Shown here: positions 63,801-64,000 of the stretch, in pieces
Layout: the number at the start of each line of letters is the position of its first letter
How positions within the stretch are numbered: position 1 is the first letter of the stretch
Origin: Schmidtea polychroa
Taxonomy: Eukaryota
Reading direction: 5' to 3'
Assembly (NCBI GenBank): GCA_044892525.1
Contig: CM097887.1
Location: forward strand, 78,346,397 to 78,410,396
Length of the DNA stretch: 64,000 nucleotides
Notes under the pieces: model-generated
The model's input: the letters and a program-made list of their open reading frames with translations, nothing else
Told to the model about the DNA's origin: nothing
Databases searched by the model: none
Program-made: the position numbers and the translations under genes

Positions 63801-64000
63801 CAGTATTCAGAGCGAACTTCTGTCTTTGGACAGCCAAAAGACACAGAATCAGAAATCGTTGCTAAGTGATTTGAATGCTCGCATAAAAAAGCTTTTACCT
63901 TTGTATCATCAAGTCGATATTAATTCTGATCTAGTTGGGATTACGTTTGTTTGTAGATTGCCATTGCATTTGCCACGCTTCACGACACCCCAGGCCGCAT
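5888..64000 (+). CDS. ACC: Acetyl-CoA carboxylase (eukaryotic multidomain, animal-type), 35 exons in window, 3' end beyond window
   Basis: Manually spliced exons, all GT..AG and phase-compatible: 5888-6012, 6060-6141, 6215-6463, 7997-8078, 8130-8228, 10013-10260, 10304-10513, 12258-12431, 12478-12803, 13521-13671, 13723-13826, 14127-14208, 22446-22657, 22707-22940, 22983-23181, 23261-23570, 25217-25500, 29213-29368, 29756-29874, 41203-41535, 43447-43540, 43589-43756, 50222-50401, 50447-50755, 50804-51043, 56999-57193, 57242-57514, 57561-57681, 59753-59913, 59958-60282, 60328-60521, 63292-63441, 63499-63729, 63772-63912, 63957->64000 (6605 nt). Motifs collinear with animal ACC: [79 protein letters not shown]. 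The exon 1 start and exon 6 acceptor are the least certain. Confidence 0.97.
6999..7086. repeat. AT-rich tandem repeat, unit ~ (tcaatttaataa)n
   Basis: Direct reading of repeated caatttaataa units. Confidence 0.7.
7131..7203. mobile_element. 73-bp piggyBac-type miniature element
   Basis: TTAA|CCCTTACAACAC ... GAGTTGAAAGGG|TTAA: TIRs 10/12 identical, TTAA on both sides (7127-7130, 7204-7207). Confidence 0.75.
7997..8228 (+). CDS. ACC: ACC exons 4-5 (BC domain)
   Basis: [28 protein letters not shown] / [32 protein letters not shown]; 51-bp intron 8079-8129; donor gtgagt at 8229. Confidence 0.95.
9234..9307. repeat. Perfect 33-bp tandem duplication (2.2 copies)
   Basis: tatcgcattaaatatttactctaaatttcacac x2 plus tatcgcat. 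Confidence 0.9.
10013..10513 (+). CDS. ACC: ACC exons 6-7 (BC domain, ATP-binding GGGGKG loop)
   Basis: [16 protein letters not shown], then [14 protein letters not shown]...[12 protein letters not shown]; 43-bp intron 10261-10303. The 5' boundary of exon 6 was chosen as the nearest phase-compatible AG. Confidence 0.9.
11068..11239. other. Assembly gap (172 N)
   Basis: Run of N inside ACC intron 7. Confidence 1.
12258..12803 (+). CDS. ACC: ACC exons 8-9 (BC domain)
   Basis: [28 protein letters not shown] / [29 protein letters not shown]; 46-bp intron 12432-12477. Confidence 0.96.
13341..13408. repeat. 68-bp segment identical to 27617-27684
   Basis: tcagtctatcagaacatcaattcttaaatattgatgagatcctagaatcataagccttgggtgattca occurs at both positions in the same orientation. 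Confidence 0.95.
13521..14208 (+). CDS. ACC: ACC exons 10-12 (end of BC domain, BT domain)
   Basis: [34 protein letters not shown]; [17 protein letters not shown]; [27 protein letters not shown] (aligns with GQVLP..LLNTVDVELIYEGVKY). Introns 51 and 300 bp. Confidence 0.92.
14283..14432. other. Assembly gap (150 N)
   Basis: Run of N inside ACC intron 12. Confidence 1.
14580..14873. mobile_element. MITE-like foldback element with ~60-bp imperfect TIRs
   Basis: cagcaaa..ttatcattt..ttaattaatgctgctactaag at left and cttggtagcagcattaattaa..aaatgataa..tttgctg at right. Related arms occur near 51700-51775 and 54330-54400. No clear TSD. Confidence 0.6.
14919..16319 (-). mobile_element. Ginger2/TDD-like DNA transposon (Gypsy-type DD35E integrase, no RT), 1401 bp
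   Basis: Perfect 27-bp TIRs TGTCGAACCCATATCTTACGCAAAAAT (14919-14945, 16293-16319) and 5-bp TSD TTAAA (14914-14918, 16320-16324). ORF 15561-16232 has the HHCC finger ([12 protein letters not shown]) and D(QMD)-D(TDNG)-35-E(VER). It continues in the +1 frame as ORF 15038-15586 with a GPY/F-like tail. Confidence 0.9.
16534..20783 (-). mobile_element. Ty3/Gypsy LTR retrotransposon, near full length but decayed (gag-PR-RT-RH-IN)
   Basis: gag starts at 20561; protease LLDTGAT ~19340; [28 protein letters not shown] (18310-18651); RNase H and integrase fragments down to [10 protein letters not shown] ~16800; PPT gatgaggggga then TGTAAGG at 16689. Candidate LTRs 16534-16689 and 20582-20783 are both TG..CA but poorly similar to each other. 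Confidence 0.88.
20790..21660 (-). mobile_element. Second Ty3/Gypsy RT-RNaseH relic of the same broad lineage, tandem upstream of the preceding element
   Basis: Minus strand reads [26 protein letters not shown].. and FVLDTDAS near 20870, with many stops and frameshifts. Confidence 0.75.
21850..22100 (-). mobile_element. Probable Merlin/IS1016-like (ISXO2) transposase relic
   Basis: Minus strand, across a frameshift: [10 protein letters not shown]...NRIEALWR, resembling the Y..L...H..V.H..F...TN.IE..W motif. Confidence 0.45.
22446..23570 (+). CDS. ACC: ACC exons 13-16 (BT, biotin-carrier BCCP domain, start of central domain)
   Basis: [40 protein letters not shown] (biotinyl-Lys codon 22798-22800)..[36 protein letters not shown]; introns 49, 42 and 79 bp. 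Confidence 0.96.
24024..25058 (-). mobile_element. Internally deleted hAT transposon (TTF-zinc-finger/ZMYM1-like transposase N-terminus)
   Basis: TIRs cagggcccgccctaggg / ccctagggccggccctg (16/17); 8-bp TSD tctccagt / tcttcagt (7/8). ORF 24406-24708 [18 protein letters not shown], then [19 protein letters not shown]. Confidence 0.88.
25217..25500 (+). CDS. ACC: ACC exon 17 (central domain)
   Basis: [41 protein letters not shown]; phase-1 acceptor ccag at 25216, donor gtttgt at 25501. Confidence 0.95.
25823..28186 (-). mobile_element. hAT (Buster/Charlie, GTF2IRD2-like) transposon, disrupted
   Basis: TIRs cagcgctgtccaact / cagggctgtgcaact (13/15); flanks atctaagt / atatagat with central TA. 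Transposase fragments [33 protein letters not shown] (27043-27348) and [25 protein letters not shown] (26000-26767). Confidence 0.9.
27617..27684. repeat. Second copy of the 68-bp segment, inserted in the hAT transposase N-terminus
   Basis: Identical to 13341-13408; it splits WEIDYLFT from [13 protein letters not shown] on the minus strand. Confidence 0.92.
28415..28486. mobile_element. Orphan piggyBac-type terminus
   Basis: ...ccggtaaagggg|TTAA with a subterminal direct repeat ggtctaccggt (about 28420 and 28465). No partner end was identified. Confidence 0.45.
29213..29874 (+). CDS. ACC: ACC exons 18-19 (central domain); absent from the ORF track
   Basis: 29213-29368 [37 protein letters not shown]; 29756-29874 [24 protein letters not shown]; 387-bp intron between them. 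Confidence 0.95.
30803..30851. repeat. (TAC)n microsatellite, ~16 units
   Basis: Direct reading. Confidence 0.95.
31288..33755 (+). mobile_element. Mutator-like (MULE) transposon with C-terminal SWIM finger, frameshifted
   Basis: Termini gggtcagtattt / aaatactgaccc with long AT-rich arms carrying repeated tcagta/tactga motifs. Transposase fragments from about 31665 to 33459: [71 protein letters not shown]. Confidence 0.9.
33900..34200 (-). mobile_element. Possible BEL/Pao reverse transcriptase relic
   Basis: Minus strand [17 protein letters not shown] at about 33980-34040 resembles the BEL/Pao (F/Y)YVDD(C/L)L motif; the surrounding sequence is decayed. Confidence 0.4.
35368..36465 (-). mobile_element. 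pogo/Tigger-like (DDE_1) transposon, 5'-deleted
   Basis: ORF 35688-36299: [25 protein letters not shown]. Minus-strand terminus TA|CCGGAGTTTACCAAAAGTAAGACCCCC at 36439-36467 resembles pogo TIRs. The other end (~35368) is tentative. Confidence 0.82.
38891..39704 (+). mobile_element. Internally deleted hAT element (814 bp) retaining the dimerisation domain
   Basis: 12-bp TIRs tagggtttctga / tcagaaacccta; perfect 8-bp TSD CCTAGAAG (38883-38890, 39705-39712). Fragments [28 protein letters not shown]. Confidence 0.92.
41203..41535 (+). CDS. ACC: ACC exon 20 (central-domain regulatory loop with long insertion)
   Basis: Phase-2 acceptor at 41202; ends ..[22 protein letters not shown] with donor gttagt. 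Confidence 0.9.
42811..43240 (+). mobile_element. Ty3/Gypsy gag plus RT fragment (deleted relic)
   Basis: [18 protein letters not shown]-like gag text, then [11 protein letters not shown] (RT N-terminal motif). Confidence 0.55.
43447..43756 (+). CDS. ACC: ACC exons 21-22 (central domain); absent from the ORF track
   Basis: VFDEIMEHF..; [32 protein letters not shown]; 48-bp intron 43541-43588 is the only donor choice that keeps the frame. Confidence 0.9.
43970..45341 (+). mobile_element. Ty3/Gypsy pol relic with 3' LTR
   Basis: Protease-region [13 protein letters not shown]; RT KISPEKC; integrase [53 protein letters not shown]. Then TGTAG..AACA LTR-like segment 45145-45341. Confidence 0.8.
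45603..45839. mobile_element. Stowaway-type Tc1/mariner MITE (237 bp)
   Basis: TA|CTCCCTCTGTCCAAAAATGATAGTCCA ... TGGACTATCATTTTTGGACAGAGGGAT|TA: 26-bp perfect inverted repeat, terminal base mismatched, TA TSD. Confidence 0.9.
46500..47030 (-). mobile_element. mariner transposase relic (DD34D-like)
   Basis: Minus strand [34 protein letters not shown], a decayed form of GDETW / HDNAP / HPPYSPDLAPSD. Confidence 0.78.
48145..48340. repeat. ~60-bp minisatellite, about 3.5 imperfect copies
   Basis: Unit ~ agggtccca(g/a)gattttttcaatacaaaatccgactgt(c)aattaaaaagcca(tggtaa)tttt. Confidence 0.85.
48492..48564. repeat. (AAT)n microsatellite, ~24 units
   Basis: Direct reading. Confidence 0.95.
49166..49869 (-). 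mobile_element. hAT relic (ZMYM1-like C-terminal dimerisation fragment)
   Basis: Minus strand 49690-49830 reads [35 protein letters not shown]-rich hAT-like termini at 49166 (cactgccggtcc) and 49869 (cggccactg); no TSD match. Confidence 0.65.
50222..51043 (+). CDS. ACC: ACC exons 23-25 (central domain C-terminal part)
   Basis: [31 protein letters not shown]..; [39 protein letters not shown]; [25 protein letters not shown]; introns 45 and 48 bp. Confidence 0.96.
52480..52950 (-). mobile_element. Possible piggyBac transposase C-terminal relic
   Basis: Minus strand cysteine-rich tail (..[18 protein letters not shown]) resembling the piggyBac CRD; heavily decayed. Confidence 0.35.
55776..56140 (-). 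mobile_element. mariner (Mos1-like) transposase relic, N-terminal half
   Basis: [41 protein letters not shown]: WVPHEL linker and first catalytic D. Confidence 0.85.
56999..57681 (+). CDS. ACC: ACC exons 26-28 (carboxyltransferase N-lobe)
   Basis: TTYVYDYP; [32 protein letters not shown]; [17 protein letters not shown]; introns 48 and 46 bp. Confidence 0.96.
57787..57873. repeat. (TTA)n microsatellite
   Basis: Direct reading; it generates the spurious poly-I and poly-N ORFs. Confidence 0.95.
58710..59497. mobile_element. Non-autonomous composite hAT element (788 bp)
   Basis: Perfect 14-bp TIRs cagtggcgtagcta / tagctacgccactg; 8-bp TSD aatataac / aatataag (7/8). Extra internal right ends at 59257-59267 (ctacgccactg) and ~59320-59348 (aaaagtttgggaaccctg). 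Confidence 0.88.
59753..60521 (+). CDS. ACC: ACC exons 29-31 (carboxyltransferase)
   Basis: [32 protein letters not shown]; [19 protein letters not shown]; [28 protein letters not shown]; introns 44 and 45 bp. Confidence 0.96.
61745..61762. mobile_element. Orphan Buster/Charlie-type hAT right terminus
   Basis: aggttgagaaccactg matches a typical CAGTGGTTCTCAAC terminus; no convincing left end. Confidence 0.45.
63292..64000 (+). CDS. ACC: ACC exons 32-35 (carboxyltransferase C-lobe; truncated by window end)
   Basis: [23 protein letters not shown]; [30 protein letters not shown]; TIKRLDP..LLPLYHQ; [14 protein letters not shown]; introns 57, 42 and 44 bp. Confidence 0.96.

Noticed and set aside
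6215-64000. Bacterial-style separate accA/B/C/D genes or several small genes, as the ORF track might suggest
   Set aside because: The fragments are collinear parts of one eukaryotic polypeptide joined by phase-compatible GT-AG introns.

Overview
AT-rich eukaryotic (animal-type) genomic window. It is dominated by one plus-strand multi-exon gene for a multifunctional acetyl-CoA carboxylase (ACC). I traced 35 exons by hand from about 5888 to the window edge, where the gene is truncated. They splice at GT-AG into about 2200 codons without an internal stop, covering the BC, BT/BCCP, central and CT domains. Introns are sharply bimodal: 19 of 42-79 bp, mostly with very degenerate donors, and 15 of 300 bp to 11.3 kb. 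The large introns are packed with transposon relics: Ty3/Gypsy, probable BEL, a Ginger2-like integrase DNA transposon, several hAT families, MULE, pogo, mariner, piggyBac, probable Merlin, and MITEs. More retroelement debris lies upstream, and there are two assembly gaps. I saw no rRNA, tRNA or CRISPR. The ORF track uses prokaryote-style alternative starts and ignores splicing, so many listed ORFs are artefacts. The host taxon cannot be fixed from sequence alone; an AT-rich invertebrate with ~45-bp minimal introns (e.g. flatworm or myxozoan) is an inference. Most interesting: the compact TIR/TSD-bounded integrase transposon with a CTT-TAA +1 junction, the link between donor strength and intron length, a stop-free 45-nt intron, a perfect 68-bp segment copied between distant introns, and an LTR/gag junction joining two different Gypsy lineages.
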